A stretch of 64,000 nucleotides of DNA from assembly GCA_963815115.1 (NCBI GenBank), contig CAWFFN010000008.1:608001-672000 (forward strand). Direction: 5' to 3'. Made by a program: the position numbers and the translations under genes. Shown piece after piece: positions 48,828-58,933 of this stretch; the first letter of the stretch is position 1; every line of letters starts with the position of its first letter. The notes below the pieces were generated by a model. That model saw nothing but the letters and a program-made list of their open reading frames with translations. It did not search any database and was not told the DNA's origin. This DNA is from an uncultured delta proteobacterium (GTDB lineage Bacteria > Desulfobacterota > Binatia > DP-6).

Positions 48828-49877
48828 CTACGCGAGGGGCCAGGTCGCGACCCGCGCCACCGTGACCGCGTGACCGCCGCGCACGGCGAGCTCCGTGCCC
48901 GGCTCCCAGTGCTCGCGGCGCACGAAGCCCAGCCCGGCGAGCGTGCCGGCGCCGAAGGCACGCGCGATGGTGGTGAGGTGCCCGACGTCCTTGCCGTCGC
49001 GCACCAGCGCCGCGCCGCTCGCCGGTGCCGGTCCGGCGAGCAGGAGCGGGACCAGGCGGCGGTTGACGTGCCCCCGGGCCGTCCCGCGCGCGACCACCTC
49101 CTGCCCGAGGTAGCACCCCTTCGTGATGCTGATCGCATCCTCGACCGGCACCTCCAGCGCCAGGGTCTTCTCGCCCATGTCGAGGCCGACACGCGGCACC
49201 CCGACCTCGACGCGCCGGCCCTCGAGCGCCTCCATGCCGCACGGCCTCGCGCCTGCAGCGCCGAGGGCGTCCCACACCGCGGCAGCGTGCGCGCGCGGCA
49301 CGTGCAGCGCGAAGCCGTCACCGCGCACCTCGCTGGTGCGCTGGATGCGGACGTCCACCCCGGCGATCCGGGCCTGCGCGTGTGCGAACGGCGCCAGCGC
49401 CGCCGCGACCCCGGCGAGGAGCCGCGCGGCCCCGGGTCCCTCGACGCCGACCAGCGCCGGCGGATCGGCCGGCGCGAGCAGCTCGACGTCGTCCGCGATG
49501 AGGAGCGCTTCCAGCGCGGCGACCATCCCGTCGCGGGCGCGGACGTCACAGTCGAGCAGGATCTCGTCCGCGAGCGCGGCCAGGCGGAGATCGGCGGTGA
49601 CGCGCCCCTGCACCGTCAGTAGCAGCGCCGGGCAGCCCTCGCCGGGGCCGAGGCGGGCGACGTCGTTGCTCAGCATGCCCTGGAGGAAGGACGCGCGGTC
49701 GGGGCCGGTGGCGCGCATCAGCGTGCGGAAGCCCAGGTCGATCAGCGCCGCTCCCCGGGTGAGCGCGCCATACTCCGCCTCCGGGTCGCCGAAATGGCGC
49801 GGCAGCGCGACGCCGCGGTCGTCGTCGTGCGACGCGCCGGCCGCCACGAGATGGGCGTGCAGGGCGGTCTCGATCAT
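48828..49877 (-). CDS. YgfZ/GcvT family folate-binding protein
   Basis: [23 protein letters not shown] signature. Confidence 0.88.
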   Translation of the reverse strand: MIETALHAHLVAAGASHDDDRGVALPRHFGDPEAEYGALTRGAALIDLGFRTLMRATGPDRASFLQGMLSNDVARLGPGEGCPALLLTVQGRVTADLRLAALADEILLDCDVRARDGMVAALEALLIADDVELLAPADPPALVGVEGPGAARLLAGVAAALAPFAHAQARIAGVDVRIQRTSEVRGDGFALHVPRAHAAAVWDALGAAGARPCGMEALEGRRVEVGVPRVGLDMGEKTLALEVPVEDAISITKGCYLGQEVVARGTARGHVNRRLVPLLLAGPAPASGAALVRDGKDVGHLTTIARAFGAGTLAGLGFVRREHWEPGTELAVRGGHAVTVARVATWPLA

Positions 49878-49942
49878 CGGAGACCACCGTGCCCGGCTCC
49901 TTCCGGCTTGACAAGGGAGGCGAAGACACGGAAAGCGCAAAC

Positions 49943-50743
49943 GTGGGCGGTGCGCCGGCGATCTACGAGGACATCCTCTACGAGTCACGGGACGGCATCG
50001 CCTGGATCACCATCAACCGGCCCGAGGTGCTGAACGCCTTCCGCGCCCGGACGGTCGACGAGCTCATCGCCGCCTTCCGCACCGCCTGGCACGACGCCGG
50101 CGTCGGCGTCGCCGTGCTCACGGGCGCCGGCGAGCGCGCCTTCTCCAGCGGCGGCGACCAGACCGAGCGCAGCGACCAGGGCTACGGCGGCGGCGGCGGC
50201 GGTCCGGGGCTCGACGTGCACGGGCTGCACGGCATCCTCCGGGCGATCCCGAAGCCGGTGATCGCCATGGTGAACGGCTGGGCGATCGGCGGCGGTCACG
50301 TGCTCCACGTGCTGTGCGATCTCACCATCGCAGCCGACACCGCACGCTTCGGACAGGTCGGGCCCCGGGTCGGATCGGTCGATCCCGGCTTCGGCACCGC
50401 GTATCTGGCGCGCGTGGTGGGCGAGAAGAAAGCGCGCGAGATGTGGTACCTCTGCCGGCAGTACACGGCCGAGCAGGCGCTGGCGATGGGCCTGGTCAAC
50501 GCGGTGGTGCCCGCGGCCGAGCTGCGTGCCGAGACCGAGCGCTGGTGCCACGAGCTCCTCGAGAAGAGCCCGACCGCCCTCAAGCTCGCCAAGCAGTCCT
50601 TCAACGCCGACACGGAGCACATCGCGGGCATCACCGAGCTGGGCTTCGCCGCGCTCGAGCTGTACTATCGCACCGACGAGGCCGAGGAGGGCCGGCGCGC
50701 CTTCCTCGAGCGGCGGCCGCCCCGCTTCCGGCGCTTGCCCTAG
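49943..50743 (+). CDS. MenB/BadI-family crotonase (BadI-like 2-ketocyclohexanecarboxyl-CoA hydrolase or DHNA-CoA synthase)
   Basis: [43 protein letters not shown]. Confidence 0.75.
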   Translation: MGGAPAIYEDILYESRDGIAWITINRPEVLNAFRARTVDELIAAFRTAWHDAGVGVAVLTGAGERAFSSGGDQTERSDQGYGGGGGGPGLDVHGLHGILRAIPKPVIAMVNGWAIGGGHVLHVLCDLTIAADTARFGQVGPRVGSVDPGFGTAYLARVVGEKKAREMWYLCRQYTAEQALAMGLVNAVVPAAELRAETERWCHELLEKSPTALKLAKQSFNADTEHIAGITELGFAALELYYRTDEAEEGRRAFLERRPPRFRRLP

Positions 50744-50773
50744 CCCGATCCCTCACGAGGAGAACGAAAGACG

Positions 50774-52144
50774 ATGTCGAACCGCCGGCTCCCTCTCGCG
50801 ACCTGGCTCACGACCGGCATGGCGCTGGCGGCTGGCAGCGCTGCACAGGCCGTCATCACGCTCGAGGATCCGGTCAATTTCCAGGTGAAGAACACCTTCA
50901 GCGCCACGACGCTCGGCGTGCCCGGGCCGCTCGGCGGACTGATGTTCTCGCCCGACGGCACCGTGCTCTACCTCGTCGGCGCCTCCGAGCTCACCACCAG
51001 CGCGCTGTACCGCATCCCCGTCACCCGCGATCCGGCGACGCACCAGGTCACCGACCTCGGCCCCGCGGCCGCCATCACCAAGGCCTTCGACGGCAATGCG
51101 GCGACGCCCGGCCTCGACACGGGACTCGAGCTCGGGCCGGGCGGCACGCTCTTCTACACCTACTGGAGCTCGAACTTCCTCGGCGAGCGTCCCGGCGGCG
51201 TCGCCGGTGCGGAGACGCAGTTCAACATGGCCCCCATCGGCGTTCCCTCCTCCATCGCCGGGCTCACCTTCTCGCCTCATCGGACCGATCCGGGCACCGG
51301 ATTCGGCCGCATGCAGATCAGCTCGTGGCAGGGGGCGAATCTCTACGAGGTGCCGCTCACGTCCGGCGCCGGCGGCATCTTCACGCCCGGGGCCGTCACG
51401 CTCTTCGTCACGTTGCCACAGCAAGGCACGGGTGCCATCCAGTACGTCCCGTCGGGCCCGCTGGCCGGCAACCTCATGTACGTCAACTGGAACTTCGGCG
51501 AGGTGCGGCTCCTCACCATCGACCCGGCGACGGGTCTTGCGGTCGACAAGGGCACCGGGCAGCCGACGCTCGGAACGACCGATCCCGTGGACGCCCGCTT
51601 CGCCTCCGGCCTCGGCGTGGGACCATGGGGACTCGAGTTCGATCCCCTGACCAACGACTTCTTCGTCGCCACCTTCCGTGGGGACCCGGCCAACACGATC
51701 GTCCAGATCGGCGGCGCCGGCTTCCCGCCGCCCGAGAGCACGACGACGACCACCGCCACCGTGACCACGACGACGACCACCACCACGCTGCCGTCGGAGT
51801 GCGGCGTCCGTGCGGCCACCTTCGAGTCGATCGATTGCCGGCTCGACCTGCTCGTGGTGAAGGTCGGCGCCGCGCAGGACCTCGGCAGGGGAAAGAAATT
51901 CCTGCTCGCCGGCGTGACCGCGGCGCGAGCCAAGAAGCAGGACGCCGAGGCCGACGTCGCGGCGGGCCGCGGCAAGCCCGCGAACAAGGCCCTCGGGAAG
52001 TCCATCCGGAAGATGATCAACTTCGCGCACCGCCTGCGCTCGCTCACGTCCCGCAAGAACATCCCGGGTACGACGCGAACGGCGCTCCTCGACGACGCGA
52101 ACCCGATCCTGGAGGACCTGAAGACCCTGCGGCAGCAGTTCTGA
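50774..52144 (+). CDS. Secreted protein: beta-rich domain, Thr-rich linker, Cys-containing helical C-terminal domain
   Basis: Signal peptide (AAQA), repeated GL.F.P motifs, ESTTTTTATVTTTTTTTTLP, C...SIDCRLD. Confidence 0.75.
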   Translation: MSNRRLPLATWLTTGMALAAGSAAQAVITLEDPVNFQVKNTFSATTLGVPGPLGGLMFSPDGTVLYLVGASELTTSALYRIPVTRDPATHQVTDLGPAAAITKAFDGNAATPGLDTGLELGPGGTLFYTYWSSNFLGERPGGVAGAETQFNMAPIGVPSSIAGLTFSPHRTDPGTGFGRMQISSWQGANLYEVPLTSGAGGIFTPGAVTLFVTLPQQGTGAIQYVPSGPLAGNLMYVNWNFGEVRLLTIDPATGLAVDKGTGQPTLGTTDPVDARFASGLGVGPWGLEFDPLTNDFFVATFRGDPANTIVQIGGAGFPPPESTTTTTATVTTTTTTTTLPSECGVRAATFESIDCRLDLLVVKVGAAQDLGRGKKFLLAGVTAARAKKQDAEADVAAGRGKPANKALGKSIRKMINFAHRLRSLTSRKNIPGTTRTALLDDANPILEDLKTLRQQF

Positions 52145-52183
52145 GCTGGACGCGTCTCGCCGCCGTGGCGTGAACCGACGACG

Positions 52184-53002
52184 ATGAGTGCGAGCCGGGA
52201 GCGCGGGCTCCACACGGCCGCCGGCCGACCCATCAACTGCTCCGCTTATGAGCGGTACATCGGTCGGTGGTCTCGTCTCTTCGTACCCTCGCTCCTCGCG
52301 GCTGCCGAGGTAGCGCACGGATACCGGGTGCTCGACCTCGCCACGGGACCGGGCGAGGCGGCCCTCGAGGCGCTGTCCACCGTCGGACGCTCGGGAGCCG
52401 TCGTCGGGGCCGACATCTCGCCGTCCATGCTCGCGGCAGCCCGCGCTCGACTGTCGGGCGCGTTTCGACCCGTGGTCACGGACGGCCAGGCCCTGGCGCT
52501 CCGCGATGCCAGCTTCGACGCCGTCGTCTGCCAGCTCGGGCTGATGTTCTTCACCGACCCCGGGCGAGGCCTCGCAGAGGTCCGGCGCGTGCTCCGTCCG
52601 GGCCGGTGTGCCGCGGTGTGCGTCATCTCCACGCCGGACCGGGCGCCGATGTGGGGCGTCCTCGCAGAGACCCTCGGCCACTACCTTCCCGAGCATCGCG
52701 AGGCGCTGCACCTCTCGTTCGTCCTGGCAAACGCCGACAGGCTCGAAGCGATGTTTCGAGCGGCAGGCTTTCGCGAGGCGCAGGTGAGACGAGAGACGCG
52801 TGACGGTGTCGTCGACTCGTTCGACGACTACTGGGCCCCCATCGAGGAAGGGACCGGGCAGATGCCGCAGATCTATCTGACGCTCCCCGAACCGAGCCGA
52901 CGAGCGGTACGTGAAGAGGTGCGCGCGGGCCTGGCACGGTTCGAGTCGGAGGGACGGCTGGTGATGGGCGTGGAGATGCTGATCGCGAGCGGCAGGGCGT
53001 AG
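52184..53002 (+). CDS. Class I SAM-dependent methyltransferase
   Basis: VLDLATGPG, ADISPSML, SFDAVVCQLGLMFF, RVLRPG. Confidence 0.85.
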   Translation: MSASRERGLHTAAGRPINCSAYERYIGRWSRLFVPSLLAAAEVAHGYRVLDLATGPGEAALEALSTVGRSGAVVGADISPSMLAAARARLSGAFRPVVTDGQALALRDASFDAVVCQLGLMFFTDPGRGLAEVRRVLRPGRCAAVCVISTPDRAPMWGVLAETLGHYLPEHREALHLSFVLANADRLEAMFRAAGFREAQVRRETRDGVVDSFDDYWAPIEEGTGQMPQIYLTLPEPSRRAVREEVRAGLARFESEGRLVMGVEMLIASGRA

Positions 53003-53008
53003 GCGCGC

Positions 53009-53493
53009 TCAGCTACCGCGCCGGGCGCGCAGGAAGCGCTCGTCGTCCGCAGCAGCTGATCCCGCTTCAGGTCCCACTCCCACGGCCCCCGCGTGGTCTC
53101 GTCGAAGTCGTCGATGTCGAAGACGAGGTGGCCGTCGGGCGCTGCGAAGGCGCCCAGGTTGCGGACGTGCGCGTCGCCGCAGATCTGCACCGCGAGGCCG
53201 GTCACCGGCAGCGTCGCCAGGTCGGCCGCCATGATCGGCGCCGCGCCGCGGAAGAATCCGAACGGCGACGCCGCCATCCGCCCGTGCTTGATCGGCAGCA
53301 GCGCCGTGAGACGGCCCTGCTCGGCGCGCTCGATGGTCTCGACCGGATCGGCGCGCCCCGGGTCGGGCTGCCAGGCGCCCTGGGTCTGACGCGGCACCCG
53401 CTTGCGCAGCGCGCGCCCGCGGGCGCGGCGTTCCTCGAGCGACGCGTGATGGCGCGGGGCGATGAGACGCACGGTCCGCTCCCGGGGCGCCAC
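53009..53493 (-). pseudogene. DUF2252 family remnant (large internal deletion)
   Basis: GRALRKRVPR, GRMAASPFGFFRGAA, CGDAH..N.G, DDFDE...GPWEWDLKR, then similarity ends after about 145 aa. Confidence 0.75.
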
Positions 53494-53627
53494 GACCCTG
53501 GTCAGCTACTACACCACCGGCAACGGGGCGAGCGAGGCGCAACCGTTGATCTCGGCGAGCGCACTGACATACAGCAACGAGGCGCCGGGCTCATCCCGGG
53601 GGGCGCAAAGGGACGGACGGGGCCGCG

Positions 53628-55292
53628 ATGCTCGACCTGGTACTGCGTGGCGGAACGGTGTGCGACGGGAGCGGCGCACCCGCGCAGACTGCCGACGTCG
53701 CGATCGAGGGCGGGCGCGTCGTGGCGGTCGGGCGCGTCGCCGAGGCGGCACGGCGCGTCGTCGACGTCGCCGGCCTGGTGGTCGCGCCGGGCTTCGTCGA
53801 CGTCCACACGCACTACGACGCCCAGGTCACGTGGGACGGGCTGTGCACACCGTCGTGCTGGCATGGGGTCACCACGGTCGTGCTCGGCAACTGCGGCTTC
53901 GCGCTCGCGCCGTGCCGGGCGGGCGATCGGGATCGCCTGCTCCGCATGCTCGAGTACGTCGAGGGCATGCCGCTGGAGAGCCTGCGGGCGGGCGTGCGCT
54001 GGAGCTGGGAGACGGTGCCCGACTACCTGGCCATGTTGCGCGCGGCGCGACTCGGGCCGAACGTTGGCGTGCTGGCCGGCCACTCGGCGCTGCGCGTGTT
54101 CGTCATGGGCGAAGCGGCCTACGACCGGGCCGCCACCGACGAGGAGATCGCCCGCATGCAGGCGATCGTGCGCGAGGCCATGGCGGCGGGTGCGCTCGGC
54201 TTCGCGACCTCGCGTTCCGCGGGTCACGTCGGGGAAGGCGGGCGTCCCGTGCCCAGCCGGCTCGCGACGCACGACGAGCTGCGCGCGCTCGCCGGCGCGA
54301 TGGCGAGCGGCGGCCGCGGGGTGCTGGAGATCACGCCCGAGACCTTCCCGATCGCCGAGCACGAGCTCTCGTTCCTGCAGGACCTCGCCGTCGAGAGCGG
54401 ACGCGCGGTGTCCTTCAGCGCCATCCTGGACCTGCCCGAACGCGACGGCGTCTGGGAGCCGGTCTGGGCGCGCGTTCGCGCGGGCCACGCGTGCGGCGCT
54501 CGCGTCGTTCCGCAGGTGTCGTGCCGGCCGATGCGTTTCGAGTTCGATCTCGTGACGGGCTGCGCCTCGCTCGACGCCCTGCCCGCCTGGAAGCGCTTCC
54601 GCGAAGTGCGCGATCACGCCGCGGTGCTCGCCGATCCCGGGTTCCGGGCCACGGTCAAGGACCAGACGCTCGGCCGGCCCGATACGCCGTCGAGCAAGCG
54701 CTGGGCGACCGTCGTGGTGGAGGAGGTGCGAGACCCGGCTCATGTCCGGTTCGCCGGCAGGACGCTCGCGGACGTCGCCGCGGCACGCGGCGGAGACGTC
54801 ATCGACGCGCTCTTCGATCTCGCACTCGCGGACGACCTCGCGACGCGTTTCTCGATGCTGCTGCTCAACTACGACGACGAGCGGGTCGCCGATCTGCTGC
54901 GGCAGCCGGAAGGCCTGATCGCGCTCTCCGACGCTGGCGCGCACGTCTCCGTTCTGTGCGACGCCGGCTACGCGACGCACCTGCTCGGGTACTGGGTGCG
55001 CGAGCGCGGCCTCCTCCCGCTTGAGCAGGCGATCCACAGGCTCACCGCGATGCCCGCGGACGTCTACGGCATCCCCGATCGCGGCCGTCTCGTGCCCGGC
55101 GCCGCCGCGGACGTCACGTGCTTCGACCCGGCACGGATCGGCTCGCGGGCGCCGGAGCGCGTGACCGACTTCCCGGCCGGTGCGCGGCGCTGGATCGTGC
55201 GCGCCGACGGGATCGCCCACGTCCTCGTCGGCGGCGTGCCGTTCATCGAGAGCGGGGAGCTGACGGGGAGCCGTCCCGGCCAGGTGATCTGA
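53628..55292 (+). CDS. N-acyl-D-amino-acid deacylase family amidohydrolase
   Basis: APGFVDVHTHYD, GVTTVVLGNCG, SDAGAH, DRGRLVPG.AAD. Confidence 0.9.
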   Translation: MLDLVLRGGTVCDGSGAPAQTADVAIEGGRVVAVGRVAEAARRVVDVAGLVVAPGFVDVHTHYDAQVTWDGLCTPSCWHGVTTVVLGNCGFALAPCRAGDRDRLLRMLEYVEGMPLESLRAGVRWSWETVPDYLAMLRAARLGPNVGVLAGHSALRVFVMGEAAYDRAATDEEIARMQAIVREAMAAGALGFATSRSAGHVGEGGRPVPSRLATHDELRALAGAMASGGRGVLEITPETFPIAEHELSFLQDLAVESGRAVSFSAILDLPERDGVWEPVWARVRAGHACGARVVPQVSCRPMRFEFDLVTGCASLDALPAWKRFREVRDHAAVLADPGFRATVKDQTLGRPDTPSSKRWATVVVEEVRDPAHVRFAGRTLADVAAARGGDVIDALFDLALADDLATRFSMLLLNYDDERVADLLRQPEGLIALSDAGAHVSVLCDAGYATHLLGYWVRERGLLPLEQAIHRLTAMPADVYGIPDRGRLVPGAAADVTCFDPARIGSRAPERVTDFPAGARRWIVRADGIAHVLVGGVPFIESGELTGSRPGQVI

Positions 55293-55515
55293 GACACGGA
55301 CCCGTGCCGCCACGGGCGATCGATCGAGGTCCGCGATTTCCCTTCGAGCCCGGCGCCATTCTCGAGCAGATGAACGCCTGGCGCCGCCGCCTGGCGAACG
55401 GCGGCGGCACCAGCTTCGACGGACGATGGGCAGAGACCGCCGAGCCCGGGCGCCCAGGACCTCGGGCCTCGATTTCGTCTGGATTTCGACACCTCATGCG
55501 TTCTAGTATCGCCCT

Positions 55516-57264
55516 ATGCAACCTTCTGCTGACTCTCTGCAGGACCGCCTCCTCCGCGTTCTTCGGAAGTATGTTGGTTTGAGAGTCATCTCCCTAATAT
55601 GTTTGATCGGAGTGCTCGGACTTGTCGTCACCTTCGTCACTTTCTCGGAGCAGAGGCAGGCATCGGTGGGCACCTACCTGCTCCACGAGCTCGGCAAGGC
55701 CCTGTTCCTGACCGCCCTGGTCTCCTTTGGAGTCAATGCTCTGATCGCCCGTCAATCCGCCGCCCTGAAGCAGGAAGAGCTCGCGCGGCAGGAGCACGAG
55801 ACCAACGCCCACTTCAATCAGCTCACGGTCGGCATCGATGCCCTGCAAGAGCGGGTCATGTCGCAGACGACCCAGCTCGTCGAATCGGTCTCGTCCCTCG
55901 AGGCACTCCGCGAGGCCGGCGTGCAGAAGGTCTATTCTACCCGGGACGATGCCGCCGCCGATCTCCGGGCGGCGCTGGACGACCGCAACGCCACGTCGAT
56001 CAAGATCATCGGCATCTCGCTGAATGATTTCCTGCGAGACGAGCGCCCGCAGCTTCGCTCTCTCTGGCAGGCGATCAAGACCCGACTCCTCGATGCCGCC
56101 GACAACGGCGGCGTGACCCCGAAGGTGCAGATCCTGCTGATCGACCCCCGGTCTCGAGGAGCGTTCCTGCGCGCCGAAGCCGAGCAGGAGCGCGACAAGG
56201 ATTCCACTCGGCTCTACGAGGACGTCACCGTCGCGGTCGATCTCCTGAACAAACTGCGGCGCCGTCTCGCAGAAAGTCCTTCCAGCATCGCATCGCTCGA
56301 GGTCAGGCTCTACCGGACTGCGCCGATCCTCTATCTCGTACGGACGTCAGCAGTCTCGTTCCTGCAGCAATACTACTTCCGGCCAACCCATCTGCAATCG
56401 ATTCCGATTCCAGTCTTCCGCGCCGGAGCGCGGGCGGCCCATCACGGCAACGGATCCTCGCTACACGACGAGCTCGGCTTCCACTTCGATTGGATATGGA
56501 AGCACGCGTCGATCGGGCTCGACGACTACCTGGACGGCGAATGTCACGGACACGATCACACGGCCCATCGCGCTCGGATTCGCAACATCTACTACGATGC
56601 CGGCACCAGCCGGAAACGCATTCTTCATCTGATCAGGGACCCCTCGAACAGGCGGATCTGGATCAAGGGAATCTCGCTGCGGTCATTTTTCCGCCCGGAC
56701 AGCGAGCTGTGCGCTGCGATCATCGAGGCCTGCCGCCGGCGAAAGACCGACGTCCGGATACTGGTCATCGATCCCGATTCGGAGCAGGCCAAGCTACGCT
56801 CGTTTCGTGAGCACCTGATCCACGCGCCACGGGGAGCGAGACTGGAAGGCTTCACGCCACACGACCGGGAGCACCAGCGACTGTACAAGGAGACTCAGGA
56901 AACCATCGAGCAGATCCAGTTCTTGTGCGGGGAGCTAGCAAAACTAAGCATCCCCGCAAGCTTCAGAGCGCAGGCGTTTTCGTCGGCGCCGGAAGCTTTC
57001 GTCTTCCTGACCGACACGGCCGCGATCGTCGAGCAGTACCACTACGGCAAGATTGGACGGGAAGATGGGGACGTCCTCGGTGTTCTCGGCGGCGACGTCC
57101 CCGTAGTCGAGTACGAGGCCTTTGGCGCATCGCACGTCCAGGATCCGTACAGAATCTTCGAGGACCACTTCAAGTTCGTCTACGACCACTGCAGCAGGAA
57201 GATCGCCGAGTGCCCCTCCCGTGAGACCGAGAAGTTCGGGGAAGCAGCCTCGGCGGTGTCATAG
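55516..57264 (+). CDS. Membrane-anchored protein with coiled coil and tandem DUF5919-like domains
   Basis: Two TMs; internal repeat IKIIGISL..VQILLIDP.S / IWIKGISL..VRILVIDPDS; lower GC than flanks. Confidence 0.7.
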   Translation: MQPSADSLQDRLLRVLRKYVGLRVISLICLIGVLGLVVTFVTFSEQRQASVGTYLLHELGKALFLTALVSFGVNALIARQSAALKQEELARQEHETNAHFNQLTVGIDALQERVMSQTTQLVESVSSLEALREAGVQKVYSTRDDAAADLRAALDDRNATSIKIIGISLNDFLRDERPQLRSLWQAIKTRLLDAADNGGVTPKVQILLIDPRSRGAFLRAEAEQERDKDSTRLYEDVTVAVDLLNKLRRRLAESPSSIASLEVRLYRTAPILYLVRTSAVSFLQQYYFRPTHLQSIPIPVFRAGARAAHHGNGSSLHDELGFHFDWIWKHASIGLDDYLDGECHGHDHTAHRARIRNIYYDAGTSRKRILHLIRDPSNRRIWIKGISLRSFFRPDSELCAAIIEACRRRKTDVRILVIDPDSEQAKLRSFREHLIHAPRGARLEGFTPHDREHQRLYKETQETIEQIQFLCGELAKLSIPASFRAQAFSSAPEAFVFLTDTAAIVEQYHYGKIGREDGDVLGVLGGDVPVVEYEAFGASHVQDPYRIFEDHFKFVYDHCSRKIAECPSRETEKFGEAASAVS

Positions 57265-57453
57265 ATCGGGCAGGACTGGGGTCGCGTGCCGGGCTCGTTC
57301 CAGGCATGGCGATCGCCTCGAGGGAGATCTCCAGCCGGCCGGGAGGCTTGCGGCCGTCCTTCGTCCTCGACCTGCTTCGCGCGGCATTGCCACTGCAGCG
57401 GATCGAGGCGGACGATGGCCGCGACCTCCATGACGACGGAGCGCCGGCGCCCC

Positions 57454-57990
57454 TCAGAGTCTCATCATCGGCAAGGGACTGAAGGGATGCGACCGCCACC
57501 GCTGGAGTGACAGCTGAACAAGGCGCTGGTGAAAGCCGGCGTTCGGCCACTCCGAAAAGATCTCGCGCAGCACCCGCCGCTCGAGCCCGAACGTGATCAG
57601 CCCCCTCGAGACGTCCACCCAATCCGCACGGCGAAACGACTCGATGAGCGAGTGCCGATCGCGCCGGCGTGGCGAGATCCCGTGGTGCTCGAGGATCATC
57701 GCCGAGATGTCGGACGTCCACTCCGAGCTGCCGCGGCGAAGAAGGTGGGCGCTCGCCAATCGGACGGACGGATCCAGGTAGTCGAAGGTCCGGTCGGTCC
57801 AGATCCCCACGTCGTGAAACGCCGCAGCGATTGCGATCTTCTCGAGCTGCTCCTCGTTCGGGGAACACAGGGCGACGCACAGATTCGCCACCCGGTAGGC
57901 GTGATTCCTGTAGCCAGGAAGATCGTGACCGATCTCCTCGGCGTGGTCCTGCAACAGCCGCTCGAGAGTGGCGATCTCGGTGAGCAGCAT
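57454..57990 (-). CDS. HD-superfamily phosphohydrolase-like protein
   Basis: YRNHAYRV, AFHDVGIW, EHH, RRADWVD. Confidence 0.7.
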   Translation of the reverse strand: MLLTEIATLERLLQDHAEEIGHDLPGYRNHAYRVANLCVALCSPNEEQLEKIAIAAAFHDVGIWTDRTFDYLDPSVRLASAHLLRRGSSEWTSDISAMILEHHGISPRRRDRHSLIESFRRADWVDVSRGLITFGLERRVLREIFSEWPNAGFHQRLVQLSLQRWRSHPFSPLPMMRL

Positions 57991-58145
57991 GCGTCAGCTC
58001 CGAGACGGCCCCGGCGTCAGGCGGGAACCCCCTGCGGTCCGGGTCGCCGGAGCCTTGTCCAGAGCGATCCGCCCTGCAACGGTCGGCAGGAAGGGCGAGC
58101 CGGCTTTCGAGCAGCAGGCGGCCGAGCGCGCGCCGGTCGCCGACA

Positions 58146-58862
58146 TCACCGATCGAGCAGCGCGTCGTATCCTTCGGCCATTCCGGTATGCGCGAGGACG
58201 CTCCAGCGGAACGCCCGCCGCACGCGTGCCTGCTGCTCGGCGGTGCGGGCGAACCACTCGACCGCCGTCATCGCGTTCTCGCCGTGCTCTTCCTCGGCCT
58301 CGACGTGAACGGCGTAGAACTCGAGCGTCCGATCGTCGAGGGAGTAGTTCTTCCGGAGCGCGTTGTAGATCACGTCCGCGCCCACGGGACGGCCGGGCAC
58401 CTGCATCTCGACGGCGAGGCCGAAGGCGCCGAGCCCTTCCTCGAACGACGAGCGGCAGAAGAATCCGACCGCGGCGGCCGCGCCGAGCGTCGAGGGAAGC
58501 GGCAGATGCGCGCGTGCCTCGTCGAGCGAGATGCCGAGCCCGTCCAGGAGCTGCTCGTAGAGATCGACGTGCGCCCTCTCCTTGATGTAGCCCAGCTCAC
58601 CGGCCAGGTTGCGCGCGATGGCGCGGAAGATCGTCCGGTCGGGAACGATCGGAGCCAGCGCCAGCCATGCCGCGATGTTCGGGGTCGCCGCCGCCGTGTA
58701 GTAGTAGGCATCCTTGGCCCAGCGATGGAGCTCCGCCGTCGAGCACCTGCCCGCGAGCAGCCGCTGCATGAACACCGCCTTCGGCGCGTGGTCGCGCTTG
58801 AAGGCGAAGCACTCCTCGACGAACTGCTGCGGCGTCAACGCGCGCTCCGGACTCGGCCCCAT
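58146..58862 (-). CDS. Heme-oxygenase-like di-iron enzyme (TenA/PqqC/CADD family)
   Basis: NLAGE...AHVDLY, AVEMQ, FYAVHVEAEEEH metal-ligand pattern. Confidence 0.8.
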   Translation of the reverse strand: MGPSPERALTPQQFVEECFAFKRDHAPKAVFMQRLLAGRCSTAELHRWAKDAYYYTAAATPNIAAWLALAPIVPDRTIFRAIARNLAGELGYIKERAHVDLYEQLLDGLGISLDEARAHLPLPSTLGAAAAVGFFCRSSFEEGLGAFGLAVEMQVPGRPVGADVIYNALRKNYSLDDRTLEFYAVHVEAEEEHGENAMTAVEWFARTAEQQARVRRAFRWSVLAHTGMAEGYDALLDR

Positions 58863-58933
58863 CGTGCGTCCTCCTCGCTCGAAGATGGTGGCGGCGACTA
58901 TAGTGCAGCCGGTGACATCGGGTCCATGACCAG

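Noticed and set aside
49908-49913. Perfect TTGACA upstream of the BadI/MenB-like gene
   Set aside because: No acceptable -10 at 16-18 nt spacing
51737-51790. ACG/ACC tandem repeats as VNTR or CRISPR-like array
   Set aside because: They are Thr codons of a protein linker; no repeat-spacer structure was seen anywhere in the window
55293-55515. Possible gene remnant or att site before the lower-GC gene
   Set aside because: No recognisable family, and no flanking direct repeat found by eye
57180-57431. 83-aa minus-strand ORF
   Set aside because: Overlaps the 3' end of the 55516 gene and has no SD or motif
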